NCBI GenBank assembly: GCA_017537365.1
Contig: JAFYKZ010000017.1
Span: 356 to 64,355 of the forward strand
Reading direction: 5' to 3'
From: Clostridia bacterium
GTDB lineage: Bacteria > Bacillota > Clostridia > Oscillospirales > Acutalibacteraceae
DNA: 64,000 nucleotides
Part shown: in pieces, positions 27,952-37,926 of the stretch
Position numbering within the stretch: position 1 is the first letter of the stretch
How the letters are laid out: every line of letters starts with the position of its first letter
Notes under the pieces: generated by a model
Told to the model about the DNA's origin: nothing
What the model saw: only the letters and a program-made list of their open reading frames with translations
Database searches by the model: none
Translations under genes and position numbers: made by a program

Positions 27952-28761
27952 TTATAGTAAAATATTTAGAGTTATAATACCTGCGCCTATAATAATGCAG
28001 GCAAGACTTAAAAATAAATCAATAAGAGATAACCTCATTTTTTTCATTCGGGTTTTGCCTTCGCCTCCGTTATAGCAACGGCATTCCATAGCGGCGGCAA
28101 GCTCATAAGAGCGTCTGACAGCTGAAATTAAAAGGGGAACTAAAATAGGTATTAAAGCTTTGACTCGTTTGGTTAGTCCTCCGCTTTCAAGGTCGGCACC
28201 GCGAGCTTTTTGAGCATTCATAATCTTTTCCGCCTCTTCAATGAGGGTTGGGATAAATCTTAAAGTTATGGTCATCATCATAGCAAGAGTATGAACGGCA
28301 GATTTAAGACCTATAAATTTTAAAGGAGAAAGCAGGCTTTCAATAGCATCGGTTAAATCGTTTGGAGTAGTTGTATAGGTTAACACCGAGCTTATAAAAA
28401 TGAAAAGCAAAATTCTCAGCGCCATAAACACCGAACGGTAAATACCACCGTCGGTTATATTGATTTTACCGAACAGTGAGAATAAAACCTCGCCCTCACC
28501 GTAAAAAAGATTTATTACGGCAGTAAACAAAAGAATCGGCAATATGGTTTTCATATTTTTGAGATACATTTTTATAGGAACGCGGGATATTACGATAGCT
28601 ATAATAACCGAAATAGCTGCAAAGCCTAACGCATACATATTTTGCGCTAAAAATATAAGCACGATTAAAGCTATAAGCCAGATTATTTTCATTCTGGGGT
28701 CGGATTTATGAAGCAAGGATTTGCCTTCATAATACTGACCGATGGTTATATCTTTAAGCAT
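27952..28761 (-). CDS. ecfT: energy-coupling factor transporter transmembrane component
   Basis: 269 aa polytopic protein with DPRMKI and ARGAD-type coupling-helix motifs. Follows two EcfA ATPases. Confidence 0.88.
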   Translation of the reverse strand: MLKDITIGQYYEGKSLLHKSDPRMKIIWLIALIVLIFLAQNMYALGFAAISVIIAIVISRVPIKMYLKNMKTILPILLFTAVINLFYGEGEVLFSLFGKINITDGGIYRSVFMALRILLFIFISSVLTYTTTPNDLTDAIESLLSPLKFIGLKSAVHTLAMMMTITLRFIPTLIEEAEKIMNAQKARGADLESGGLTKRVKALIPILVPLLISAVRRSYELAAAMECRCYNGGEGKTRMKKMRLSLIDLFLSLACIIIGAGIITLNILL

Positions 28762-29617
28762 TATTATCCCTCCCTTTTAATTCGGTTAGGATTTCAACTG
28801 CTTTATTCACAGTAAAAACATCTTTCTCTACATCAATTCCCATGTCATATAGTTTTTCGAAAACCTTAGTAACGGTTGGAACATTAAGTCCTATTTCTTT
28901 TAAATGGGCACCATTACTGAAAACCTTATCGGTTTCATCAAACATTTCAAGTTTGCCCTTGTTCATAACAAGGATTTTATCGGCAATTTCCGCCATATCC
29001 TCCATACTGTGAGAAATGATTATAACGGTAGCCCCTGTTGATTCGCGGTAAGCCTTAATGATTTCGGTTATTTCTTCGCGTCCCTTGGGGTCGAGACCTG
29101 CGGTTGGCTCATCAAAAATAATAACCTCGGGCTTCATTGCCATAACACCTGCGATAGCAACTCTGCGTTTTTCTCCACCCGATAAATCGAAGGGAGATTT
29201 ACTGTAATATTCTTCTTTAATGCCTATAAGACGGCAGATTTCTTCAACCTGTCTAGTAAGCTCATCACCCGAAAGCCCCATATTTTTAGGACCGAAAGCA
29301 ATATCGGCAAAAACAGTTTCTTCAAAAAGCTGATATTCAGGATACTGAAAAACAAGCCCTACTTTTGAGCGGATTTTTCTGATTTCCTTAGGCTTTTGCC
29401 ATATATTTTCACTCTCAAAAAGTATTTCGCCACTTGTTGGTTTTAAGAGACCGTTAAGGTGTTGAACAAGGGTTGATTTACCCGAGCCTGTATGACCGAT
29501 TATGCCTATAATTTCACCTTTTTCTACCGAGAAGCTAACATCGCTCACAGCGTCGTTTATAAAGGGTGAGCCATCGGTATAAGAGTGGGTAAGGCTTTTT
29601 ATTTCTAAAACAGACAA
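28754..29617 (-). CDS. ecfA2: energy-coupling factor transporter ATPase
   Basis: ABC ATPase (GHTGSGKST, LSGGEKRR, IIFDEPTAGLD). Second of the tandem pair. Confidence 0.8.
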   Translation of the reverse strand: MSVLEIKSLTHSYTDGSPFINDAVSDVSFSVEKGEIIGIIGHTGSGKSTLVQHLNGLLKPTSGEILFESENIWQKPKEIRKIRSKVGLVFQYPEYQLFEETVFADIAFGPKNMGLSGDELTRQVEEICRLIGIKEEYYSKSPFDLSGGEKRRVAIAGVMAMKPEVIIFDEPTAGLDPKGREEITEIIKAYRESTGATVIIISHSMEDMAEIADKILVMNKGKLEMFDETDKVFSNGAHLKEIGLNVPTVTKVFEKLYDMGIDVEKDVFTVNKAVEILTELKGRDNNA

Positions 29618-29660
29618 TTCTGTTAATCCTCCTAATTTAGTGTAACATATTTAATGTTTA

Positions 29661-30506
29661 CTACTTCAATGCTTTTGCGATTTCTTTTGCAGTGTCCTCT
29701 ATCGAGAGAGCCTTTGTGTTAACCTTAAAGCCTTTTTGCTTTAAAGCGTATAAAAGCTCGGTGGTTTGAGGCACATCGAGACCTACTTCCTTTAACTGCT
29801 TAACATTTTGGAATATATCCTCGGGTTTGCCGTCATTTATAATCTCACCGTCATTCATAACGATAACGCGGTCGGCATTTTCTGCCTCTTCCATATAATG
29901 AGTTATTAAAACAACGGTTATATTTTTTTCTTTATTGAGATAATGAAGGGTTGAAATGATTTCGGCTCTGCCTTTCGGGTCTAGCATTGCGGTTGGCTCG
30001 TCCAAAACCAAAACATCGGGAGACATTGCGATTATTCCGGCAATAGCAATTCGCTGTTTTTGACCGCCCGATAGTTTATGCGGAGTTGATTTTCTGAATT
30101 CATACATTCCAACCGATTTTAAAGCCTCGTCAACACACTCGCGGATTTTCTCTGGCTCTAGCCCTAAGTTTTCAGGACCGAAAGCCACATCCTCTTCAAC
30201 TATTGAGGCGATAAGCTGATTATCGGGGTTTTGAAAAACCAATCCTACTTTTCTTTTTATTTCAAGTTCTTTTTCCTCGTCGCGAGTGTTCATACCGTCA
30301 ACAATAATATCGCCTGAGGTTGGGGTGTTAAGTCCGTTTAAAAGCTTTGCCAGAGTTGATTTACCCGAGCCGTTATGCCCTAAAATCACAGTAAAGCTAC
30401 CCTTTTTAATGTTAAGGGATATATTGTTTAGAGCAATATGAGAAATACCCTCGTCGGTATAAGAATAGGTTGCATTTTTAATTTCTATTATATTATCCAT
30501 TATCAC
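29661..30506 (-). CDS. ecfA1: energy-coupling factor transporter ATPase
   Basis: ABC ATPase (GHNGSGKST, LSGGQKQR, LVLDEPTAMLD). First of the tandem pair. Confidence 0.8.
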   Translation of the reverse strand: MIMDNIIEIKNATYSYTDEGISHIALNNISLNIKKGSFTVILGHNGSGKSTLAKLLNGLNTPTSGDIIVDGMNTRDEEKELEIKRKVGLVFQNPDNQLIASIVEEDVAFGPENLGLEPEKIRECVDEALKSVGMYEFRKSTPHKLSGGQKQRIAIAGIIAMSPDVLVLDEPTAMLDPKGRAEIISTLHYLNKEKNITVVLITHYMEEAENADRVIVMNDGEIINDGKPEDIFQNVKQLKEVGLDVPQTTELLYALKQKGFKVNTKALSIEDTAKEIAKALK

Positions 30507-31365
30507 TTTTCCAAATAGTAGTATTACCGCAGGGAAGACTAATGCCTTTTGCGGTTATATTGAGACCAATTTCGTCGGTAAAAATTTCGCCTTTGCGATT
30601 TTTAGCAACATAGGTTTTAACCATAAAGTTTAAAATAGTGGGTGATAGACCGCCTGTATAAGAGTTTAAGAAGAAAAATAAAGCATCATCGCTTAAAAGC
30701 TTTCCTGTTTCCTCTAAAAGTTCGGATAATTGTTGCTCCAATTTCCAAACCTCACCGTTTGGACCTCTGCCGTAAGAGGGAGGGTCCATAATAATAGCGT
30801 CATACTTTTTGCCTCGGCGGATTTCTCTTTTAACGAATTTCAGGCAATCATCAACAATCCAACGAACAGGTCTGTCTATAACACCTGAGGAGTTTGCATT
30901 TTCCTTTGCCCATTGAACCATACCTTTTGAGGCATCAACATGGGTTACCGATGCGCCTGCCTTTAAGCAAGCTACTGTGGCGCCTCCGGTATACGCAAAT
31001 AGATTAAGCACCGAAATTTCTCTGCCGGCATTTTTTATGAGTTTATCGGCAAGAGTCCAGTTAACCGCTTGCTCGGGGAAAAGACCTGTATGCTTAAAGC
31101 CCATAGGTTTAAGATTAAAGGTTAAATCATTATAGTTTATAGACCACACATCAGGAACATTTTTAAGCTTTTCCCAATAACCACCGCCTGAATTTGAACG
31201 ATGGTAAACTGCGTTGGCTTTATTCCATCTGTTATCCTGTTTAGTTCCGTTCCAGATAACCTGAGGGTCAGGGCGGATAAGAATAACATCGCCCCAGCGT
31301 TCAAGCCTTTGACCGTTATCGGCATCTAAAAGCTCGTAATCTGAAAATCCTTCTACTGTTCTCAT
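30493..31365 (-). CDS. class I SAM-dependent methyltransferase (RlmI/COG1092-like core without PUA domain)
   Basis: LNLFAYTGGATVA (motif I), VDAS, and IIMDPPSYGRG (DPPxY/F catalytic motif). Overlaps ecfA1 by 14 nt. Confidence 0.75.
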   Translation of the reverse strand: MRTVEGFSDYELLDADNGQRLERWGDVILIRPDPQVIWNGTKQDNRWNKANAVYHRSNSGGGYWEKLKNVPDVWSINYNDLTFNLKPMGFKHTGLFPEQAVNWTLADKLIKNAGREISVLNLFAYTGGATVACLKAGASVTHVDASKGMVQWAKENANSSGVIDRPVRWIVDDCLKFVKREIRRGKKYDAIIMDPPSYGRGPNGEVWKLEQQLSELLEETGKLLSDDALFFFLNSYTGGLSPTILNFMVKTYVAKNRKGEIFTDEIGLNITAKGISLPCGNTTIWKSDNG

Positions 31366-31378
31366 ACTTTAAATTTCC

Positions 31379-32419
31379 TTAAAAAATAGATTGTTGAGCG
31401 GTTTCTTTGGTATCGTAACCCAAATGCTCCATAGCAAGCTTTGTTACGCATCTGCCTCGCGCAGTTCTTGTTAAAAATCCGATTTGCATAAGGTAAGGCT
31501 CGTAAACATCTTCGATGGTTATAGCTTCCTCACCGATAGCGGCGGCTAGGGTATCAAGGCCTACGGGACCGCCCGAATAATGAGTTATAATGGTTTCAAG
31601 CATCTTTCGGTCGAAATCATCAAGACCGAGTTCATCTATTTCAAATCTTGATAAAGCCGCCGAGGCGGTTTTTTCGTTTATAACACCGTCATACTCAACC
31701 TGAGCTATATCGCGAACGCGCTTTAAAAGGCGGTTTGCAATACGCGGTGTTCCTCTTGAACGGGAGGCGATTTCCAAAGCACCGTCGCGGTCGATTTCAA
31801 TTCCTAAAATACCTGCCGAGCGGATAACAATTTCGGCTAACTGTTCAGGGCTATAAAGTTCTAATCTTAAAAGAACACCGAAACGGTCGCGCAAGGGGGC
31901 GGTTAGCTGACCTGAACGGGTTGTAGCTCCTACCAATGTAAAATGCGGAACATCAAGTCTTATTGACCTGGCAGACGGACCTTTGCCTATGATAATATCA
32001 AGCGAAAAATCCTCCATTGCAGGATATAATATTTCTTCAACATTTCGAGAAAGTCGGTGAATTTCGTCTATGAATAAAACATCGCCTTCTTCAAGAGAGG
32101 TTAAAATTGCAACAAGGTCGCCCTGCTTTTCGATTGCAGGACCTGATGTTACCCGAAGATTAACCCCCATTTCGCGAGAAACGATACTGGCTAAGGTGGT
32201 TTTGCCAAGACCGGGAGGACCGTATAGCAAAACATGGTCCAGCGATTCTTTTCTTTGCAAAGCGGCGGTTATATAAATTTTAAGATTTTCCTTGACCTTA
32301 TCCTGACCGATATATTCGGATAAAGATTTAGGTCTCAAAGATAATTCCGCTTCATCATTTGAACTGTTATATTCGGGAGAAACTATGCGGTTTTCAAAAT
32401 CCATTTCTTGTTCTATCAA
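31379..32419 (-). CDS. ruvB: Holliday junction branch migration helicase RuvB
   Basis: [29 protein letters not shown] and [11 protein letters not shown] motifs. Confidence 0.95.
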   Translation of the reverse strand: MIEQEMDFENRIVSPEYNSSNDEAELSLRPKSLSEYIGQDKVKENLKIYITAALQRKESLDHVLLYGPPGLGKTTLASIVSREMGVNLRVTSGPAIEKQGDLVAILTSLEEGDVLFIDEIHRLSRNVEEILYPAMEDFSLDIIIGKGPSARSIRLDVPHFTLVGATTRSGQLTAPLRDRFGVLLRLELYSPEQLAEIVIRSAGILGIEIDRDGALEIASRSRGTPRIANRLLKRVRDIAQVEYDGVINEKTASAALSRFEIDELGLDDFDRKMLETIITHYSGGPVGLDTLAAAIGEEAITIEDVYEPYLMQIGFLTRTARGRCVTKLAMEHLGYDTKETAQQSIF

Positions 32420-32422
32420 TTT

Positions 32423-33025
32423 TTATAACCTCCTTGCAAGCGCTTTTAAGGCCTGTTTTATGAGTTCATCGGTTGAAAGGGTGTTATCAAGTCTTGCAAC
32501 AGCAAGTGATGCTTCACCTTTGCTATATCCCAAAGCAACGAGGGCTTCAACGACTTCCGAAGTATTAGAAGAAGTAACGGCGCTTTTAACAGCCGAAATT
32601 TCGTCGTTTTCAGAAGAAGTTATGCTTCCAACCTTTTCTCTTAGTTCTAAAATAATTCTTTGAGCAAGTTTTATTCCAACACCGCTTGCAACGGTTAAAG
32701 CCTTAGCATCGCCTGATGCAATACTTAAAGTTACCTGAGAAGCGGAAAGGTCGGATAAAATTGAAATGCCGATTTTAGCGCCAACTCCGTTAACCGAGGT
32801 TATAAGCTTAAAGGTTTCAAGCTCGTTTGAATCTATAAACCCGTAAAGGTCCATAGCATCCTCGCGGACTACCATATAGGTATAAAGAAAAACCTCATTG
32901 TTTATTTGGGGTAGGCGGTTTAGAGTGTTTTTTGTAACAAAGCATTTGTATCCAACTCCGCCGCATTCAACAACTGCAACAGCAGTATCTTTATAAATTA
33001 AAGTTCCTCGTAAAGAAGCTATCAT
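32423..33025 (-). CDS. ruvA: Holliday junction DNA-binding protein RuvA
   Basis: MIASLRGTL..., with VNGVGAKIGISIL and SGVGIKLAQRII HhH motifs. Lies between ruvC and ruvB. Confidence 0.92.
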   Translation of the reverse strand: MIASLRGTLIYKDTAVAVVECGGVGYKCFVTKNTLNRLPQINNEVFLYTYMVVREDAMDLYGFIDSNELETFKLITSVNGVGAKIGISILSDLSASQVTLSIASGDAKALTVASGVGIKLAQRIILELREKVGSITSSENDEISAVKSAVTSSNTSEVVEALVALGYSKGEASLAVARLDNTLSTDELIKQALKALARRL

Positions 33026-33558
33026 TTTCTTGCCTCCGTATAAATTTTACAATAGTTAGAGCCTGAATAATGCGCATGGCAAATTGCGAGCGCCAAAGCA
33101 TCGGCAGTATCGTCCGGTTTTGGAACTGCTTTTAATTTAAGCAGATTTTTAACCATATCCATAACCTGAAACTTTTCGGCTCTGCCGTAACCCGTAACCG
33201 CTTGTTTGACTTGAAGCGGCGTGTATTCAAAAACTTCTATGCCTGCGTTTTGAGCTGCTAGAACTATAACTCCGCGAGCCTGAGCTACATCAATGGCGGT
33301 TGTTGTATTAGTGTTAAAGTAAAGCTTTTCGATTGCAATGCATTCGGGTTTATGGGTTTCGATAAGGTAGGTTATATCATCATAAATAGATTTGAGTCTT
33401 TTTGGGAAATCCATACCCGCAGGGGTTGTTACCGCGCCGAAATTTATAACACTAAATTTACAAGACTGATGCTCAATAATGCCATATCCGACTATGGCAT
33501 AGCCCGGGTCTATTCCCAAAATTCTCACCTTAACACCTACTTTTATATAATTTGACAT
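33022..33558 (-). CDS. ruvC: crossover junction endodeoxyribonuclease RuvC
   Basis: RILGIDPGYAIVGYG, AIEKLYF and DTADALALAICH motifs. The real start is possibly the GTG at 33528 (VRILGIDPG). Confidence 0.9.
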   Translation of the reverse strand: MSNYIKVGVKVRILGIDPGYAIVGYGIIEHQSCKFSVINFGAVTTPAGMDFPKRLKSIYDDITYLIETHKPECIAIEKLYFNTNTTTAIDVAQARGVIVLAAQNAGIEVFEYTPLQVKQAVTGYGRAEKFQVMDMVKNLLKLKAVPKPDDTADALALAICHAHYSGSNYCKIYTEARK

Positions 33559-33795
33559 TATATTATATCATAATAAGCCTTATACATCAATATTTTTTTA
33601 ATCTAAATTTATATTTATATTATATTTATAAAGATTTTGAAACAAACGAAAAAATGCAGAAAAATCACCCTGATTAATATCAATGCAAAAAGTGAGTATT
33701 TGTGAGAAAAAACGAGTAAATAAGAGCATTTTAAAGTTTTTCTAAAACCAGGCAAACTTTTTACTGAAAAAACATCTAAAAACCATAAAATTTTC

Positions 33796-33824
33796 TTGAC
33801 ATTTAAAGGTTTTCAATGTATATT
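33796..33824 (+). promoter_or_regulatory. sigma-A promoter of potABCD
   Basis: TTGACA, 17 nt spacer, TATATT, ~55 nt before the potA ATG. Confidence 0.65.
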
Positions 33825-33882
33825 TTAATCTGTCGAATAATATCGTTTTTGCAGTTAGAATTTTTCGTAAGGAGAGTGCTTT

Positions 33883-35028
33883 ATGAAAAACGAAAATATA
33901 AATATAGTTGAGCTTAAAGATGTTACCGTTTCGTTTGACGGAGAGAAAATTCTTGACGGCTTAAACCTTGAAATAAAAGATAAGGAATTTATAACCCTTT
34001 TGGGACCTTCGGGTTGCGGTAAAACAACAACTTTGAGACTTATTGCTGGCTTTTTAGAGCCGGATAGCGGCGATGTTGTATTTGAGGGTAAGGTTATAAA
34101 TGATTTGCCCGCTTATAAGCGTCAGGTTAATACAATTTTTCAGCGTTATGCTCTTTTTCCGCATCTTAATGTTTATGAAAATATAGCATTTGGTTTGAGA
34201 ATTAAGAAATTCAAGGAAAAGGAAATAAAAGAAAAGGTTGAAGAGATGTTAAAGCTCGTTAACCTTTCAGGTCTTGAAAAGCGCGATATAGATACCCTTT
34301 CAGGCGGTCAGCAGCAGCGAGTTGCAATAGCTCGAGCTATTGCTAACTGCCCTAGAGTTTTGCTTCTCGATGAGCCTTTGGCGGCGCTGGATTTAAAGCT
34401 TCGCAAGGATATGCAAAAAGAACTTAAAAACATTCAGCAGCAGCTCGGTATTACCTTTATTTTCGTAACTCACGACCAAGAGGAAGCCCTCACTATGTCG
34501 GATAGAGTTGTTGTTATGGATGGGGGTAAAATTCAGCAGGTTGGTACTCCGCAGGATATTTATAATGAGCCTCAAAATGCCTTTGTTGCTGACTTTATCG
34601 GTGAATCGAATATAGTTGACGGTAAAATGATTAAGGACTTTTATGTTGAGTTTTCGGGTCAAAAATTCGATTGTCTTGATAAAGGATTTTCTCAAAATGA
34701 GCTTGTTGATGTTGTTGTAAGACCTGAGGATGTTGACATTGTGGAATCCGGTAAAGGAATGCTTAAAGGTATTGTAACCTCGGTTTCTTTCTTGGGCGTT
34801 CATTACGAGATTATTGTAGATATCGGCGGCTTTAAATGGATGATTCAAACAACTGATGAGCATTTAGTGGACGAAGAGGTTGGTCTCTATATTGAGCCTG
34901 ATGCCATTCATATTATGAAAAAGAGCGAATATTCGGGTCTTTATGGCGATTATTCGAGTTACAGTGAGGAGATAGACCTTCTCTCCGAAGTAGATTATGT
35001 TGAGGAGGAGCCTGTCGTTGAAGAATAA
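33883..35028 (+). CDS. potA: spermidine/putrescine ABC transporter ATP-binding protein
   Basis: [23 protein letters not shown] and [11 protein letters not shown] motifs with a TOBE-like C-terminus. Operon continues with potBCD. Confidence 0.88.
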   Translation: MKNENINIVELKDVTVSFDGEKILDGLNLEIKDKEFITLLGPSGCGKTTTLRLIAGFLEPDSGDVVFEGKVINDLPAYKRQVNTIFQRYALFPHLNVYENIAFGLRIKKFKEKEIKEKVEEMLKLVNLSGLEKRDIDTLSGGQQQRVAIARAIANCPRVLLLDEPLAALDLKLRKDMQKELKNIQQQLGITFIFVTHDQEEALTMSDRVVVMDGGKIQQVGTPQDIYNEPQNAFVADFIGESNIVDGKMIKDFYVEFSGQKFDCLDKGFSQNELVDVVVRPEDVDIVESGKGMLKGIVTSVSFLGVHYEIIVDIGGFKWMIQTTDEHLVDEEVGLYIEPDAIHIMKKSEYSGLYGDYSSYSEEIDLLSEVDYVEEEPVVEE

Positions 35029-35845
35029 AAGCCTGGGGAGCAAATTATTATCTGCGCCTTATATTGTTTGGGCGGCGCTTTTTATCATTGTTCCTCTTAT
35101 TATAATGTTATATTTTGCGCTTACTAATGAGGCAGGTGTTTTCACTCTTGCTAATTTAAGCGAAATAGGCAAATATAAAAAAGCTTTTGGGCTTTCGATT
35201 CTCTATGCGGCAATAGCAACGGTTATAACCTTGCTTTTAGCTTATCCTATGGCTTATTTTATGACCAAACTTAAAATAAGCTCGCAGAGAATGCTTTTGC
35301 TTATCGTTATGCTCCCGATGTGGATGAACTTTCTTATTCGTACTTATTCCTGGATTTCGATTTTGGCAAATACGGGTATTATAAACACATTTTTAGGTAA
35401 ATTGGGTTTAGGTCCCGTTCAGCTTATGTATACTCCTGGAGCGGTTATTTTGGGTATGGTTTATGATTTCATACCTTATATGATATTGCCAATTTATTCG
35501 GTTATGTCTAAGCTTGATAAATCGCTTTTAGAGGCTTCTGAGGACTTAGGCGCAAATGCCTTTGTAAAGTTTAAAAAGGTTATTTTGCCGCTGACCAGAC
35601 CCGGTATCATTTCGGGTATTACTATGGTTTTCGTGCCGTCGGTTAGTACCTTTTATATTTCTCAAAAGCTCGGCGGAAACAAGACTATGCTCATAGGTGA
35701 TGCTATTGAGTATTTGTTTAATCTCGGTGTTGATTATTATAATATTGCATCTGCTATTTCTATGGTGCTTATGATAATGATTTTGGTTTGCCTCTTTGTT
35801 ATGAATAGATTTAATGATGACGATGACGGGGGTGTTGTAATATGA
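34997..35845 (+). CDS. potB: spermidine/putrescine ABC transporter permease
   Basis: Six-TM BPD-type permease with EASEDLGAN (EAA loop). The start may instead be the TTG at 35018, after GAGGAGG. Confidence 0.85.
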   Translation: MLRRSLSLKNKSLGSKLLSAPYIVWAALFIIVPLIIMLYFALTNEAGVFTLANLSEIGKYKKAFGLSILYAAIATVITLLLAYPMAYFMTKLKISSQRMLLLIVMLPMWMNFLIRTYSWISILANTGIINTFLGKLGLGPVQLMYTPGAVILGMVYDFIPYMILPIYSVMSKLDKSLLEASEDLGANAFVKFKKVILPLTRPGIISGITMVFVPSVSTFYISQKLGGNKTMLIGDAIEYLFNLGVDYYNIASAISMVLMIMILVCLFVMNRFNDDDDGGVVI

Positions 35846-36651
35846 AAGCCTTAGCCCGTTTATATGTTGCTTTAATTATATTCTTTTTATATGCACCTGT
35901 ACTTGTTATGATAGTTTTTTCTTTCAACGAATCGGCGAGTGTGTGGGTTTTTCAGGGCGTTTCAACCAAATGGTATACAGGACTTGTTACGAATACCGCT
36001 ATGCTAAACGCTTTAAAGCATACCATTATAATTGCGGTTTTAAGCGCGGTTATTTCCACCGTTTTGGGAACTGCGGCGGCGGTTGGTATTACAGGACTCA
36101 GAAACAAGCTTTCTAAGAAGCTCTTAATGTCTGTTACTCAGATACCTATGATGAATGCCGATATTGTAACCGGTATATCCTTAATGCTTTTGTTTATTTT
36201 CATAGGAAAGCTTATAGGTCTTAATGAGTCTTTGGGATTTTTTACGGTTTTATTAGCCCATATAACCTTTAATTTGCCTTATGTTATAATGTCGGTTTTG
36301 CCGAAGCTCAGGCAAACCGATTCAAAGCTTCGCGAGGCAGCTCTTGATTTGGGCTGTTCTCCTGTTCAGGCATTTTTTAAGGTTATATTGCCTGCAATTT
36401 CAACTGGTGTTTTAACAGGATTTATTATGGCGTTTACCTTGTCGCTTGATGATTTTGTTATAAGTTATTTTACTTGCGGACATTATCAGACACTACCTAT
36501 TATTATATATAATATGACTAAAAAATCGGTAACTCCCGATACTTATGCTTTGTCTACTATAATTTTTGTGGCGGTTTTCGTGCTTTTAATATTTTATAAT
36601 GTGTTGCAAAGCAAAACCGATAAAAAGCCTGCAAAACCAATCAGACATTAA
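35842..36651 (+). CDS. potC: spermidine/putrescine ABC transporter permease
   Basis: BPD-type permease with an EAALDLGCSP EAA loop. 4 nt overlap with potB. Confidence 0.85.
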   Translation: MKALARLYVALIIFFLYAPVLVMIVFSFNESASVWVFQGVSTKWYTGLVTNTAMLNALKHTIIIAVLSAVISTVLGTAAAVGITGLRNKLSKKLLMSVTQIPMMNADIVTGISLMLLFIFIGKLIGLNESLGFFTVLLAHITFNLPYVIMSVLPKLRQTDSKLREAALDLGCSPVQAFFKVILPAISTGVLTGFIMAFTLSLDDFVISYFTCGHYQTLPIIIYNMTKKSVTPDTYALSTIIFVAVFVLLIFYNVLQSKTDKKPAKPIRH

Positions 36652-36684
36652 AAAATCTTAAATTTAATTTGAAAGGTGGAAAAA

Positions 36685-37797
36685 ATGAAAAATCTTAAAT
36701 TTCGCTCTTTGTCGCTTGCGATAATAGTATGCATAGTATCTCTTCTTTTTTCTTCCTGTGGATATGAATATGTCGATTTAGAACTCAGAGGTAAATATGA
36801 CCGTTCGCTTGAAGGCACAGTGCTTACAGTTTATAACTGGGGCGAATATATTTCCGACGGTTCGGACGGTACTATAGATGTTAACCGCGAGTTTGAAAAG
36901 CTTACCGGTATTAAGGTTAACTATTTAACCTTTGAAAGTAACGAAACGATGTTTTCTCAGGTTGAAAACGGCGGTGTTAATTATGATATAGTAATCCCCT
37001 CGGATTATATGATACAGCGCATGATAAAAGAGGGTATGCTAGACGAAATAGATACAACCGCTCTTTCTAACTATGACCTTATAGCCGATGATTATAAGGG
37101 TGTTTATTTCGACCCCGAGGAGAAATACAGCGTTCCGTTTAATGTTGGAATGGTTGGTATTATATATAATGGTAAATACATTAAAGATATAGAGCATAGC
37201 TGGAATGTTTTATGGGATGAGAAATATAAGGATATGGCTCTTAATTTCAATAACCCGCGAGACGCTTTTATGACGGCTCAGATTTTGCAGGGAACAGACC
37301 TTAATTCAACCAACGAAAAGGAATGGGAGGCTGCTGCCGAGCTTCTTAAAAAAGGTAAGAAAAATTTGCAAGGCTATGTTATGGATGAGGTTTACGGTAA
37401 AATGGAAACCGGTGAGGCATATATCGCGCCTTATTATGCGGGAGACTATTTAACAATGGTGGAAACCAATCCTGATTTGAAGTTTTTCTATCCAAAGGAA
37501 GGCACCAATATATTTATAGATTCGGCTTGCATTTTAAAAAGTGCTGAAAATAAAGCGGCGGCTATGATGTATATAAACTTTTTGTTAGAGCCTGATATAG
37601 CAACCGCTAATGCTGATTATATAGGATATGCAAGTCCTAATACTGCGGTTATAAATAATAAAGATTATTATTACTACGGAAATGAAATTTTGTATCCTAA
37701 AAAAGAGGATATGCCACCCGTTCAGTATTACCACGATATAGATGAGAAAATCCGCAGAAAATACGAATTGCTTTGGATTGATATTAAGCTATATTAA
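36685..37797 (+). CDS. potD: spermidine/putrescine-binding lipoprotein
   Basis: Lipobox LLFSSCG and a PotD/PotF-type periplasmic binding fold (NWGEYI, PSDYM). ATG 36685 is preferred over the track GTG 36676, which lies in the SD. Confidence 0.85.
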   Translation: MKNLKFRSLSLAIIVCIVSLLFSSCGYEYVDLELRGKYDRSLEGTVLTVYNWGEYISDGSDGTIDVNREFEKLTGIKVNYLTFESNETMFSQVENGGVNYDIVIPSDYMIQRMIKEGMLDEIDTTALSNYDLIADDYKGVYFDPEEKYSVPFNVGMVGIIYNGKYIKDIEHSWNVLWDEKYKDMALNFNNPRDAFMTAQILQGTDLNSTNEKEWEAAAELLKKGKKNLQGYVMDEVYGKMETGEAYIAPYYAGDYLTMVETNPDLKFFYPKEGTNIFIDSACILKSAENKAAAMMYINFLLEPDIATANADYIGYASPNTAVINNKDYYYYGNEILYPKKEDMPPVQYYHDIDEKIRRKYELLWIDIKLY

Positions 37798-37810
37798 TTT
37801 AATTAAATGA

Positions 37811-37857
37811 TAGAGGAAAAGGCTTGATTTTAAAGCGTTTTTCCTCTATTTTTTATT
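37811..37857 (+). terminator. rho-independent terminator of potABCD
   Basis: TAGAGGAAAA ... TTTTCCTCTA stem with an inner GCTT/AAGC extension, followed by TTTTTTATT. Confidence 0.75.
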
Positions 37858-37891
37858 CGAAAAAATTTTTTGAAAAAAGTTAAAAAAATAC

Positions 37892-37920
37892 TTGCAATTT
37901 GAAAGAAAGTGTGTTATTAT
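37892..37920 (+). promoter_or_regulatory. sigma-A promoter of the S10 operon
   Basis: A-tract (AAAAAAATA), TTGCAA, 17 nt spacer, TGtTATTAT (extended -10). Confidence 0.7.
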
Positions 37921-37926
37921 ACGAGA

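Noticed and set aside
37884-37896. Identical 15 nt string TTAAAAAAATACTTG at two loci (37882-37896 and 57420-57434), and 22/30 identity between the S10 and riboswitch promoters. I considered a dispersed repeat element.
   Set aside because: The shared string is exactly the A-tract (UP-element-like) plus the start of the -35 hexamer of two strong stable-RNA/ribosomal-protein promoters. The other similarity is confined to consensus -35 and extended -10 positions. This is promoter convergence, not a mobile repeat.
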